This document shows positions 17,948 to 27,162 of a stretch of DNA of 37,628 nucleotides, piece by piece. The notes beneath the pieces are model-generated. The model was not told where the DNA came from. It did not search any database and saw only the letters and a program-made list of their open reading frames with translations. How positions within the stretch are numbered: position 1 is the stretch's first letter; each line of letters starts with the position of its first letter. The stretch is from positions 1 through 37,628 of the IMG/VR virus record IMGVR_UViG_3300027892_001207; one strand, given 5' to 3'. A program made the position numbers and the translations under genes. This DNA comes from a virus (Duplodnaviria > Caudoviricetes).

Positions 17948-19359
17948 ATCAAATGTCCTAGCTCAGGGAACGTAGTTTTAAAATTTGTACCACGTTGCTT
18001 GTCCATTGTTATTATATACTCTTTAAAATCAGGAAGCAAGTTAGATTGGTCCTCACTATCCATCCAATCTAGTATTCCTTCCCAACGTTTCCACCCGTAG
18101 GGATTAGTTTCCCAAAACTCTTTGTCTTGTGTATAGTTTACCCATAGCCAGCTTTTAAGTTCTTCAAACAGCTCTCTCACTTGTTCTTTATCTTCTTTAG
18201 GTAATATACGTAAATTCAACCAAGTTGGAATCCATAGTAAATGGAAATTAACAAGGCCACCGCCTAGCTCTTGGCCTAATACATTCTTGCCGTGATTTAA
18301 TTTTTTAAAATCACTATTGACCTTCCATTTAATAAATTCCGGAATATGTTTAATGTTCAATACTTGTACAGCAAGCTCTATGTTAGTTTCTATGTGTGCA
18401 GGTGCTTGTTCTAAGCGCCATAAGTTTTCTTCTATTTCTGCAAAGTTTAAAGGGTAACGAATATACTCTCCTCGATCTCCCATTCCGTCTAGACTAATAG
18501 ATACTTTTACTTTACGAAATTTGGTCCATAATGCAATCATCTTGTCTGTGATGATAGTTCCGTTACTGTTATAGCGTAATAGAATTTTATCAGCATAACC
18601 TCTGCGCACAATCTCTTCTAAGAATATTGTATGTTCTTTAATAACTAGAGGCTCGCCGCCTGCAAAGTATAATTGTTTGATGTTTGGTATTTGCTCAAAC
18701 ACTTCTTCCCAAAACTCAGGACGCTCATGCCATTTGTTATTAAACTCTTCTGGACGCCACTGCATTTGGTCCTTAATAACGTTGCTTTGAATGATAGGAA
18801 ATATTTTCTTATGATCACTAACCCACTGACTGCTGTCATGCGGGCTACACATAATACATTTTAAATTACATGTATGCCCTAATCGTAAATCTAAGTATTG
18901 TAATTTATATGGAACCCCACCATCTTCTGCTGTTTGTGCGATTAGCTCAGGAATATCCACGCTATCATAATGCCAGGAGCCTGTTTCCCAAATTCGCTTA
19001 CTTGAAATGCCTTGTGCTTCTTCATCGTAACATTTTTTACAACTTGCAGGGACTGCCCCTTCTAACATAGTCTTACGTATGGACTTCATGTAATCGTTGT
19101 TAAATGCTTCGCTCGGCAAACTATTTCCAAAGTTAGCAGGCTGTCCGTTTTCTTTTTTAACAAGTCCTACACTGTAATCACCTGTATCAGCGCCGCTTGC
19201 ATTTGCTACACAGCATACACGCATGTCCCCGTTGGGCCGTGTGGCAATATGTATCCAGGGCAGTACACAAAAACTAGGACTACCTGAAATTTCAGTTAGT
19301 TGTTTTTGCCATTTGCCTAATTGAGTGTCTTCAGACTGTATCCAAAATGTTTTACTCAT
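17944..19359 (-). CDS. radical SAM enzyme with N-terminal Twitch/SPASM-like Cys domain
   Basis: FCVLPWIH...VCC...CKKC, then LRLGHTCNLKCIMC, FAGGEP, YNSNG, ISLDG. Confidence 0.9.
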   Translation of the reverse strand: MSKTFWIQSEDTQLGKWQKQLTEISGSPSFCVLPWIHIATRPNGDMRVCCVANASGADTGDYSVGLVKKENGQPANFGNSLPSEAFNNDYMKSIRKTMLEGAVPASCKKCYDEEAQGISSKRIWETGSWHYDSVDIPELIAQTAEDGGVPYKLQYLDLRLGHTCNLKCIMCSPHDSSQWVSDHKKIFPIIQSNVIKDQMQWRPEEFNNKWHERPEFWEEVFEQIPNIKQLYFAGGEPLVIKEHTIFLEEIVRRGYADKILLRYNSNGTIITDKMIALWTKFRKVKVSISLDGMGDRGEYIRYPLNFAEIEENLWRLEQAPAHIETNIELAVQVLNIKHIPEFIKWKVNSDFKKLNHGKNVLGQELGGGLVNFHLLWIPTWLNLRILPKEDKEQVRELFEELKSWLWVNYTQDKEFWETNPYGWKRWEGILDWMDSEDQSNLLPDFKEYIITMDKQRGTNFKTTFPELGHLI

Positions 19360-19985
19360 AGATCAATTAATGGTTTGAATGCTTCTAAACATTCTTCCCA
19401 AGTTTTCCATGTTTCGTGGAATCGAATACTCATACCGTGGCGTAATCTAGCTTTCGAATTGTAAGTTAGTAAATGCGGTATTTCCGATCTGATTAAATAT
19501 GGTGAGGATCCGTACTTTAATCTTGCTAATTCAACAGCACCTTCCGGAACTCCGAGCATTCCGTGATGGCTTCCTCGAAGCTTGATCATAGTAGCATCAG
19601 TACCGTCATCCTTGTCAGAATTTATATATACTGATGGGAACTTTTTCATATCCCACCATGACCACTCGGCATCTACTTCTTCAAATAATTCAAAATTTAT
19701 TCCACATATAATAGGAGTCCATACTCCGTCAGTGATAATTGCATCTGTATGTATGGTCCTGTTAGCAGTAGGGCCCATTGATTTGTCGTAAGGGAATAGA
19801 TCTATAATAAATCTAGGATTTAAATTATGATCTTTTAAGAATTCAATTGCATATCTTGTTAAAACATCGTCGATAGCTCTTACACGATAGCTATCTTTGT
19901 AACCAATCTCTCGATCTACAAGTTCTGTTTCTTTAACGAGCTTATCTATAGCTGGCAAATTTAATTTTGCATAAAACTCATTCAT
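19356..19985 (-). CDS. putative Fe(II)/2OG / cupin oxygenase
   Basis: IHTD (HxD), CGINF, IPH (distal His), RHGMSIRF. Confidence 0.55.
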   Translation of the reverse strand: MNEFYAKLNLPAIDKLVKETELVDREIGYKDSYRVRAIDDVLTRYAIEFLKDHNLNPRFIIDLFPYDKSMGPTANRTIHTDAIITDGVWTPIICGINFELFEEVDAEWSWWDMKKFPSVYINSDKDDGTDATMIKLRGSHHGMLGVPEGAVELARLKYGSSPYLIRSEIPHLLTYNSKARLRHGMSIRFHETWKTWEECLEAFKPLIDL

Positions 19986-21063
19986 AAAAAATTACCTCTT
20001 GTTGTTGATCTCTAGATTTAGCATAGTCGTTAATTTCAGCCCTGCCGCACATTCTTGCACAAGTGATCAATTTCTTTTCATTCCAATAAGTACTCCACAC
20101 TGTTTGATATTCGTTGCTATCGATAATCGATTCGATAGTATTGTTGACTGCATTTAATTTGTTAATACCTCCTAAGGATTTAACTAGATCATAATACTGA
20201 TTAAGCATTTCGTTACGCACACCAAACGCGGCATTTTCGTCAATATATGTGTATGGCAAACTAGCGAGCCAACAGCATGGAAATACGTTACGATATGCAT
20301 CAATGTATATTTCTTTTTGGTTACACGCTTGGCAATCTATCACTGAGGCCGATACAATTTCTTTGTACGATTCTATTGCCTTCTTATCTAAGAATTTTAA
20401 TGGTGTTTCTGTTGACGGTTCTATGATGTGGGTTAGCAAGCCGTTCTTATCGAGAACATCGGTCTTGGGCTCTAATAAAAACCTACTGCTGTTTTTCACA
20501 ACAAAGGCATCAAAGCCTAAATCTTTAGCCATTTGTTTAGCTTCATCTACCTGATGTTCATTGTGTTTAAATTTGATAAAACACCACTCGGCTTTACCGC
20601 CTGCTTTGATAAACGCTGTGGCGTTTTTAATAATGTTATCAAAACTGGTTCCTATCCTATATAGGTGATGTGTATCCTGTAACCCGTCTAATGCAAATAC
20701 AACGCAATGCGTTTTTGGTAAGACACTAACAAGTTCTGTCCACCACGCGGTAGATTTAGCACTACCATTTGTATGTATTCTAATGTTTAAATTGGGATTA
20801 GTGGCTGTAGAATACCTGCACATTTCAAGCAGATCTTTATTTAAAATTGGATCACCGAAGTTTCCACAAAAGAAAAATCCTGTTAATTGGGCTAACACCC
20901 TTGCAGGCATTATAGTTTTAAATTCATCAAGAGTCCAATCGGTTAACTTTATCAAAGGGTTGTCTAAACCACCATTCCTGTTTCGGGCGCACATAGGACA
21001 ACTAGCCTGGCAGTTATTGGTTATTTCTAAGTGTACTTCTTTTAGTTCGTTAAATTTAAACAT
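19978..21063 (-). CDS. radical SAM enzyme with C-terminal SPASM/Twitch-like domain (paralog of 14236-15324)
   Basis: EITNNCQASCPMC, CGNFGDP, HTNGS, PCC, CARMC. Start MFKFNEL set by alignment with the paralog (MFNFESL) and the upstream ATAAATA. Confidence 0.9.
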   Translation of the reverse strand: MFKFNELKEVHLEITNNCQASCPMCARNRNGGLDNPLIKLTDWTLDEFKTIMPARVLAQLTGFFFCGNFGDPILNKDLLEMCRYSTATNPNLNIRIHTNGSAKSTAWWTELVSVLPKTHCVVFALDGLQDTHHLYRIGTSFDNIIKNATAFIKAGGKAEWCFIKFKHNEHQVDEAKQMAKDLGFDAFVVKNSSRFLLEPKTDVLDKNGLLTHIIEPSTETPLKFLDKKAIESYKEIVSASVIDCQACNQKEIYIDAYRNVFPCCWLASLPYTYIDENAAFGVRNEMLNQYYDLVKSLGGINKLNAVNNTIESIIDSNEYQTVWSTYWNEKKLITCARMCGRAEINDYAKSRDQQQEVIFYE

Positions 21064-21067
21064 GAAA

Positions 21068-21098
21068 TATTTATGTAGGTGTCGAGCATGGGTAAATA
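21068..21098. promoter_or_regulatory. divergent TAAATA motifs, each 4-5 nt before an ATG
   Basis: ATAAATA on the minus strand (21068-21074) before the ATG at 21063; TAAATA on the plus strand (21093-21098) before the ATG at 21104; no RBS on either side. Confidence 0.6.
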
Positions 21099-21103
21099 TT
21101 TCC

Positions 21104-21958
21104 ATGACACGTTATAAAATTGCACCTTCATATTCAGCAGACTATTTGGAAATAGACAGGCCAAGCCCGCTAACAGATAACCAAATTGAGCAACTAATAC
21201 AAGACGTGTTAAGTGGTAATACAGATAAAGACATTAGCGATCAAATATACATTAATTTTAAAGAAGAAATGACAACTTGGATTGAGTCTAGCAAGCTCAA
21301 TACCTTAATCGGATTGAATTCGTTTGATCGGGTTGATATTATAAACGGATGTACACAATTTATTGACAACGTGTATATACAAGGACAGCCACAGGTATTA
21401 GTTGGAGATTATAGGTACCACGATCGATTAGGCAATTGGGGGACGCGGCCCGGGATTTTACGAGAAAATATACCATTAATTATTGCCATGCCGTTTCCTA
21501 GCACCGGTGCAGTACATAATCGAATGACGGAGATATTAGATGAAGCGAGAGACAAAGGTATTGATGTGCATGTGGATGGCGCTTGGCTTACTTGCTGTTG
21601 CGCAATTAACTTTGATGTATCTCATCCTGCAATCAAGTCTATAGGTATAAGTTTGAGTAAAGGGTTAGGACTTGGTTGGAATCGAATTGGCTTACGTTGG
21701 ACTAGACAACCACATGCTGATAGTGTTACAATAATGAATGACTTCCACATGAATAATCGTGCATTAGTGTTGATCGGACTGCACTTCTTACGTAATTTAG
21801 ATCCCGACTATCTTTGGAAGACGCACGGTGATCGATACTACAAAGTTTGTAAAGATTTTAATCTTACTCCTACTAACAGTATCTATCTAGCATTACGTGA
21901 TGGGCAACCTGTGGGAGTTAGTCCCCTTATAAGGTATTTAGAAAATGCATCTGCATAA
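21104..21958 (+). CDS. PLP-dependent enzyme, fold type I
   Basis: VHVDGAW and SIGISLSKGLGLG..RIG (PLP-binding Asp and Schiff-base Lys). The true start is probably 21104 (MTRYKIA). Confidence 0.75.
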   Translation: MTRYKIAPSYSADYLEIDRPSPLTDNQIEQLIQDVLSGNTDKDISDQIYINFKEEMTTWIESSKLNTLIGLNSFDRVDIINGCTQFIDNVYIQGQPQVLVGDYRYHDRLGNWGTRPGILRENIPLIIAMPFPSTGAVHNRMTEILDEARDKGIDVHVDGAWLTCCCAINFDVSHPAIKSIGISLSKGLGLGWNRIGLRWTRQPHADSVTIMNDFHMNNRALVLIGLHFLRNLDPDYLWKTHGDRYYKVCKDFNLTPTNSIYLALRDGQPVGVSPLIRYLENASA

Positions 21959-22688
21959 CATAGACGGAGTAAACATTCCGTTTGATAAAGACTGGAATAG
22001 TATTGCTATTAGTGTAAGTGGCGGCGCAGACAGTGCATTACTAGCATATCTAATTTGTTCTATTGCGCCTGACAATTTCCACATTCATATCGTCAGCCAT
22101 ACCCGTATGTGGAAGACCCGTCCTTGGCAACAGTATGATTCGTTAAATGTATTTCAATACTTAGTACATACATTTCCCACACTTACTTTTGAAAGGCATA
22201 CTAGTTTTATTGCACCGGATTTAGAATACGGTAATATAGGTCCTAGCTTAACAGACGAGTATGGAAAGAAAGTTAGCGGGGATAATATACAACAACGTGC
22301 ATTTGCAGAATATATTTGTTATCATAGGAATGTTGATGCTTATTACAATGCTGTTACACATAACCCACGATTGGGATTGTTCAATGGTATGCATGAAAGA
22401 GATGTCGAACCGTCAGATGAAAACAAACATCTTGAATATATGATACACATGGGAAAGGTTGCGAGCCATCCGTTTAGATTTGTAGACAAGTCCTGGGTTA
22501 TAAAACAGTATAGAAGGTTAGAGATTGAAGATTTGCTTGATATTACTAGAAGCTGTGAAGGTGAGTTTGATAGCATTGATTACAAAACATATAAACCACA
22601 ACAACTTGTCCCCATATGTGGAGAGTGCTTTTGGTGCAAAGAAAGGGAGTGGGCCATTAATGAAAATAAACAACCTAGACCCGAGTAA
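21945..22688 (+). CDS. QueC-like PP-loop ATP pyrophosphatase
   Basis: IAISVSGGADSA and TRSCEG...CGECFWCKER. Confidence 0.75.
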   Translation: MHLHNIDGVNIPFDKDWNSIAISVSGGADSALLAYLICSIAPDNFHIHIVSHTRMWKTRPWQQYDSLNVFQYLVHTFPTLTFERHTSFIAPDLEYGNIGPSLTDEYGKKVSGDNIQQRAFAEYICYHRNVDAYYNAVTHNPRLGLFNGMHERDVEPSDENKHLEYMIHMGKVASHPFRFVDKSWVIKQYRRLEIEDLLDITRSCEGEFDSIDYKTYKPQQLVPICGECFWCKEREWAINENKQPRPE

Positions 22689-23469
22689 GTATAACCGGTT
22701 CTTTGCATTCGGATGTAGCTTTACCAGTTACAAATGGCTGACTTGGGCTGACATTATAGGTAAGGATATCGAAGTATATGAAAACTGGGGAGAACAAGGT
22801 GGCGGAAATCATTTCATCTTTAATAGCGTAGTTGAAGCAGATGCACGGCATAACTTTACTAAAAACGATTTAGTAATAATCTTCTGGAGTACTAAAGAAC
22901 GAGAAGATAGGTACCTAAATAACAAGTGGATACATGCTACCGCTGGTACAATTGAATCGGAATACGGCAAAGAATGGATTGACAAGTTTTACTTTGACAC
23001 ACGGTCATTCTTGATTAGAGATCTTGCTTATATGAAATCAATACAGTCTATTTTAAAATCTAGAGATTGTGATTGGGCTAACTTATGCTGGAATGAATTC
23101 TTTAATAATACTAGTATGCGAGAAACATTTACTAAAACAACTAATAAAAAGTCATTAGTAAAAATGTGGAGAGATAATTGCAAAGAAGTTTACAGTGGTA
23201 ATAGTATTCCTAATTTTTTTGATGATCAAGACGTCATACAATTATATCAAGATGTGTTTACAAATATAACTAGCGTATATAGATGGTTCGATGAAGAACA
23301 GAATATTAACACAACTAACCGACTCGACGATCACCCTACTCCTACAGAGGCATTATTATTTTTAGATTGGATTTGGCCCGATAACACAATTAGTGACAGT
23401 ACTAGGCAGTACGCAAAACAATGGGATTGTACAGAAACAATCCAACGACTCCGAATAAGTAGACTATGA
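22660..23469 (+). CDS. SGNH-hydrolase-like protein
   Basis: FAFGCSFT (block I), NWGEQGGGN, C-terminal DDHPT. Start set at MKINNLD. Confidence 0.6.
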   Translation: MKINNLDPSKYNRFFAFGCSFTSYKWLTWADIIGKDIEVYENWGEQGGGNHFIFNSVVEADARHNFTKNDLVIIFWSTKEREDRYLNNKWIHATAGTIESEYGKEWIDKFYFDTRSFLIRDLAYMKSIQSILKSRDCDWANLCWNEFFNNTSMRETFTKTTNKKSLVKMWRDNCKEVYSGNSIPNFFDDQDVIQLYQDVFTNITSVYRWFDEEQNINTTNRLDDHPTPTEALLFLDWIWPDNTISDSTRQYAKQWDCTETIQRLRISRL

Positions 23470-24725
23470 CAAGTAAAACATTTTGTATGCATCCTTTCAC
23501 AGGATTAGCTACTAGAGAAGACGGCGCCATACAGGCTTGCTGTCGTAGTCACCCTATTGGTTGGATACAAGATAACACCTTAGAAGAAATTTGGAACGGT
23601 ACCCCCATGCGGTTAATACGTAAAGAAGTACTTAACGGTGGCCGGCCTCCTGAATGTGAACCGTGTTTTAGATTAGAAGATCAAGGTGTTGAGTCTCTGC
23701 GCCAAAGACATATTGCAGGTAAAATTCCAGAAGCTCGTATTAATCTATATCCCAATGCGGTAGCCGCAATGAATGAAGATTATACAATGCCGTTTGAGAT
23801 TCCTACTATGGAACTTAAACTAAACAACTTATGTAATCTTAAGTGTCGTATGTGTCACCCCGGCGATAGTACTAGCTGGAATGACTGGAGTGAAGTTAAA
23901 GAATTCTATAAAGGTGAAGGTCAAGTTATATTTGATATTGTTGAAGAACATAATTTAGAACGTAAACCTTACTTAGATAAATTTGACAACAATCCTAACT
24001 GGTGGAATAGTTTTGGAAAATTATTGCCACATTTTAGACGAGTGGAGTTTGCAGGAGGTGAACCTCTAATGGATCCACAACATTATCGCATACTAGACAT
24101 GTTAAAACCATACGGTACTAACATAGAGATTAAGTATGCTACTAATGGAACAACGCTAGGAATTAGCAAAGGAAGAACTATACATGAATATTGGCCTCAT
24201 TTTAGATCAGTTGCCGTTAATGTCAGCATTGATGGCATTTACGATGTTTATAATTACATTCGTGGCAATGGGGATTTTGTTGTCGTTGAAGAAAACATCA
24301 GAGATATACAGAGAATATCTAACATCAGCCGGATAGTAGGTGCGGTTGCTGTACAAGTAAGTAACGCTCTTATACTTGATAAAATGATTGAGCATTTCTT
24401 AGACAAATTAGGAATTGTATTTTATACAAATATGGTGCAGTATCCTAACGTACTAAGCATACAAGTATTACCCGATGAACTTAAAGCATTAACTATTATA
24501 AAATTAAAAGCGGTACGGACTCTCGTACCAACTTTTAAATTAGTAAAAGAACACCCACTGCTAGAAGAACTGACATACAAACAAATTGACGGTATTATTA
24601 ATTTTATATCAGCAAAAGACTTAACACATTTGTGGAATGACTGCGTAGAATTTAATCACAAACTTGATGTGACACGCAATCAAAGTTTCGAAACAGTTAC
24701 ACCTGAGTTTAAACAATATGTTTAA
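23466..24725 (+). CDS. radical SAM enzyme with N-terminal Twitch/SPASM-like Cys domain
   Basis: FCMHPF...ACC...CEPC, then NNLCNLKCRMC, FAGGEP, YATNG, VSIDG. Confidence 0.9.
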   Translation: MTSKTFCMHPFTGLATREDGAIQACCRSHPIGWIQDNTLEEIWNGTPMRLIRKEVLNGGRPPECEPCFRLEDQGVESLRQRHIAGKIPEARINLYPNAVAAMNEDYTMPFEIPTMELKLNNLCNLKCRMCHPGDSTSWNDWSEVKEFYKGEGQVIFDIVEEHNLERKPYLDKFDNNPNWWNSFGKLLPHFRRVEFAGGEPLMDPQHYRILDMLKPYGTNIEIKYATNGTTLGISKGRTIHEYWPHFRSVAVNVSIDGIYDVYNYIRGNGDFVVVEENIRDIQRISNISRIVGAVAVQVSNALILDKMIEHFLDKLGIVFYTNMVQYPNVLSIQVLPDELKALTIIKLKAVRTLVPTFKLVKEHPLLEELTYKQIDGIINFISAKDLTHLWNDCVEFNHKLDVTRNQSFETVTPEFKQYV

Positions 24726-25608
24726 AGTAACTAGCCGCTGGCCTCATCAAGATAGTATCAAGATTGAATGGAATCTTGGCAAGCGTTGTAATTACGACTG
24801 TAGTTACTGCCCTAGTAGTATACACGACAATACTAGCCCGCATCGAGCATGGATGAATTTGCAAGACACAGTTGATCGATTAATGACATTAGGCAAACCT
24901 ATACGCATTAGTTTTACAGGTGGCGAGCCATGTGTAAATCCAGAGTTTTCTAAATTAGTAAAATACTGCAAACATGTTGGTGTCAGTTGGGTTAGTGTAA
25001 CAACTAATGGAACATTGCCATATGAATTTTATTCAGCATTAGAAGCAGATCAAATTGTATTCAGCATACACTTAGAGTTTGATTGGAGGCGTGTATTTAA
25101 TACGGTAGAAAGTGTTGTTGATCTAACAAATAAGAAAGTTATAGCACAAATTATGGCGCACCATGATCATATGGATGCGGTGATGCAATTACGTGCTAAA
25201 TGTCTACTAGCAGAAATTCCCAGTACCGTTCGTCGAATTAGGTGGACTGAAGGCGACCATGATTTGTTTGACGATATGCGTTATCATCCAGACGACCTAA
25301 CTTGGTTAAAAGAACAAGATGCTACAGTGCAGGGTAACTGTGTTATAGACAGCTCTCGAATTATGCATGCCAATGATGTTATCAAATTGCACCTGAACAA
25401 ATATAAAGGATGGACTTGCAATGCAGGCATAGAAAGTCTGATGATAAACTGGGACGGAGATGTACATAGAGCGACTTGCAGAGTCGGTGGTAGTCTTGGC
25501 AACATATATGCAGGAACATTTTCAATCCCTACAGAACCTATTATATGCGATAGGAATTTCTGTACCTGCGCGGCAGACATTCCGCTAACTAAGATTTCAC
25601 CTTTGTAG
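24718..25608 (+). CDS. radical SAM enzyme with C-terminal Twitch/SPASM-like domain
   Basis: GKRCNYDCSYC, FTGGEP, TTNG, WTCNAG...ATC...ICDRNFCTC. Confidence 0.9.
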   Translation: MFKVTSRWPHQDSIKIEWNLGKRCNYDCSYCPSSIHDNTSPHRAWMNLQDTVDRLMTLGKPIRISFTGGEPCVNPEFSKLVKYCKHVGVSWVSVTTNGTLPYEFYSALEADQIVFSIHLEFDWRRVFNTVESVVDLTNKKVIAQIMAHHDHMDAVMQLRAKCLLAEIPSTVRRIRWTEGDHDLFDDMRYHPDDLTWLKEQDATVQGNCVIDSSRIMHANDVIKLHLNKYKGWTCNAGIESLMINWDGDVHRATCRVGGSLGNIYAGTFSIPTEPIICDRNFCTCAADIPLTKISPL

Positions 25609-26575
25609 CATGAGTGTCGGGTTGACAAATACATAGATTATTTGTACAACTAATATCACTCGGCGGACTCATAGTAAACACCGGTGAAAATATGTTTATA
25701 GATGTTTTAAACATCGATAGCCCACAACTGGCACGTAAATCCCCCGATGCATCTATAGCAATAGATTCTGTTCCAATTTTACAAGTCCAACCTTTAAAAT
25801 TATTCCAATCATTTAATAAGATAGTATGTGATTGTGCAACTTGTGCAGTATCGTCGTCGAATAAAACCACGCTATCATGCAGACTAAGATTGGCCATTCT
25901 AGGTAATAGCCAATCAGATGTTGGAATACGTTTTAATGCGTTGTTTATATACTCGTGTTGTAGAGGAGTATATACATCCGTTCCTTTATTAGGAGCGTCT
26001 ACTATCGTCTTAGCTTGTATGTACCAAGACTGTTTACTTTGTAACATATAGTTTATATTGTCTACACATTTATCCCAATGTTGTGCATCCATTAATCCTA
26101 ACGCAGTAACATCTACTCCTGCTGAAAATAATAAATCAGCAACTTCAATAAAATGATCGATATCTACATATTCATAATGGCAGCTTAATACTACACGATC
26201 AAGATATTTAGAATTATTTGACCACCACGTAGTAGTCCTCGAACCATTACTTACTATCGTAATGTATATAGATGTGCCGTACGTTTCTTTAAGCTCTTTA
26301 CAAAATTGATCTAATTGAGGCCACAATGTAGGTTCACCTCCCCCTGATACAAATAACCGAATTTTTCGTTTGTTATGATTGTCTTTGTAATACTTAAACA
26401 ATATTTTAAAATTATTAATAATTAAATCTAAATTTTTAGGATATCTATACTTTGCGTCGTGCGACCCTGGAAAACAGTAAGAACAGTCGTAGTTACAAAT
26501 ATCAGTAGGAAAAAATCTTACTTGTAACACTTCACTGTCTTGGGTAGAAATAACCTTTATTGGGATTCGTTTCAT
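25589..26575 (-). CDS. radical SAM enzyme with C-terminal Twitch/SPASM-like domain
   Basis: TDICNYDCSYC, GGGEPT, VSNGS, WTCKIG...SC...CTNNLCIC. Start set at 26575 from the ATGA overlap. Confidence 0.9.
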   Translation of the reverse strand: MKRIPIKVISTQDSEVLQVRFFPTDICNYDCSYCFPGSHDAKYRYPKNLDLIINNFKILFKYYKDNHNKRKIRLFVSGGGEPTLWPQLDQFCKELKETYGTSIYITIVSNGSRTTTWWSNNSKYLDRVVLSCHYEYVDIDHFIEVADLLFSAGVDVTALGLMDAQHWDKCVDNINYMLQSKQSWYIQAKTIVDAPNKGTDVYTPLQHEYINNALKRIPTSDWLLPRMANLSLHDSVVLFDDDTAQVAQSHTILLNDWNNFKGWTCKIGTESIAIDASGDLRASCGLSMFKTSINIFSPVFTMSPPSDISCTNNLCICQPDTHATKVKS

Positions 26576-27162
26576 TTTGTTCCTATGATCATCCAACGTG
26601 TATACAGTTGAGTTTTTAAACTACCCGACCATAATTCTTTTAGATGACTTTGATTTTTAAATTCTTCTAAGCTACGGGCAATTCTAATATGCTCTGCTAT
26701 GGCGTAATCGTTACTTTGAACTACAATAATACTGTCTGTTGATAGCCTAGACAACCATATGTCATATTGTTCTTGTGTGATATGTTCACAGCTGGTATTG
26801 ATGATAACATCGCCGTTAACTGGAACTGCACACATGTCTCCTGTTATAGCTTTAAATTTACCGTCTTGTTCTTCTATTTTATTCATCATAGTAGCAACAT
26901 GCTGGCACAGTGGATCAATGTCTACGCTGGCAATATAGCGGGCGGATATTTTACTTTGGAATATCATGCTGGCTAGTACACCAACCCAACCTCCGTGTAT
27001 TTCTATGCGACTAGGTTTGGTTACAAATGGCTCTAAGTTATCTATAAGCCATTCTTTGCTTTTCATCTGGCCACTCCAAAACGCATCAAGTGTACGCATT
27101 GGGCTGTTGCTTTCGCGGATAGCATTCATCCAAAAATGTAAGTGTTCTGTATCTATTTTCAT
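26572..27162 (-). CDS. putative class I SAM-dependent methyltransferase
   Basis: IHGGWVG glycine-rich loop, SVDID, GDM, INTSCEH. Confidence 0.65.
   Translation of the reverse strand: MKIDTEHLHFWMNAIRESNSPMRTLDAFWSGQMKSKEWLIDNLEPFVTKPSRIEIHGGWVGVLASMIFQSKISARYIASVDIDPLCQHVATMMNKIEEQDGKFKAITGDMCAVPVNGDVIINTSCEHITQEQYDIWLSRLSTDSIIVVQSNDYAIAEHIRIARSLEEFKNQSHLKELWSGSLKTQLYTRWMIIGTK

Noticed and set aside
20783-21103. N-terminal extension of the 391-aa ORF in the track
   Set aside because: It runs antisense across the radical SAM gene; the ATG at 21104 follows a TAAATA motif and gives a coherent PLP enzyme.
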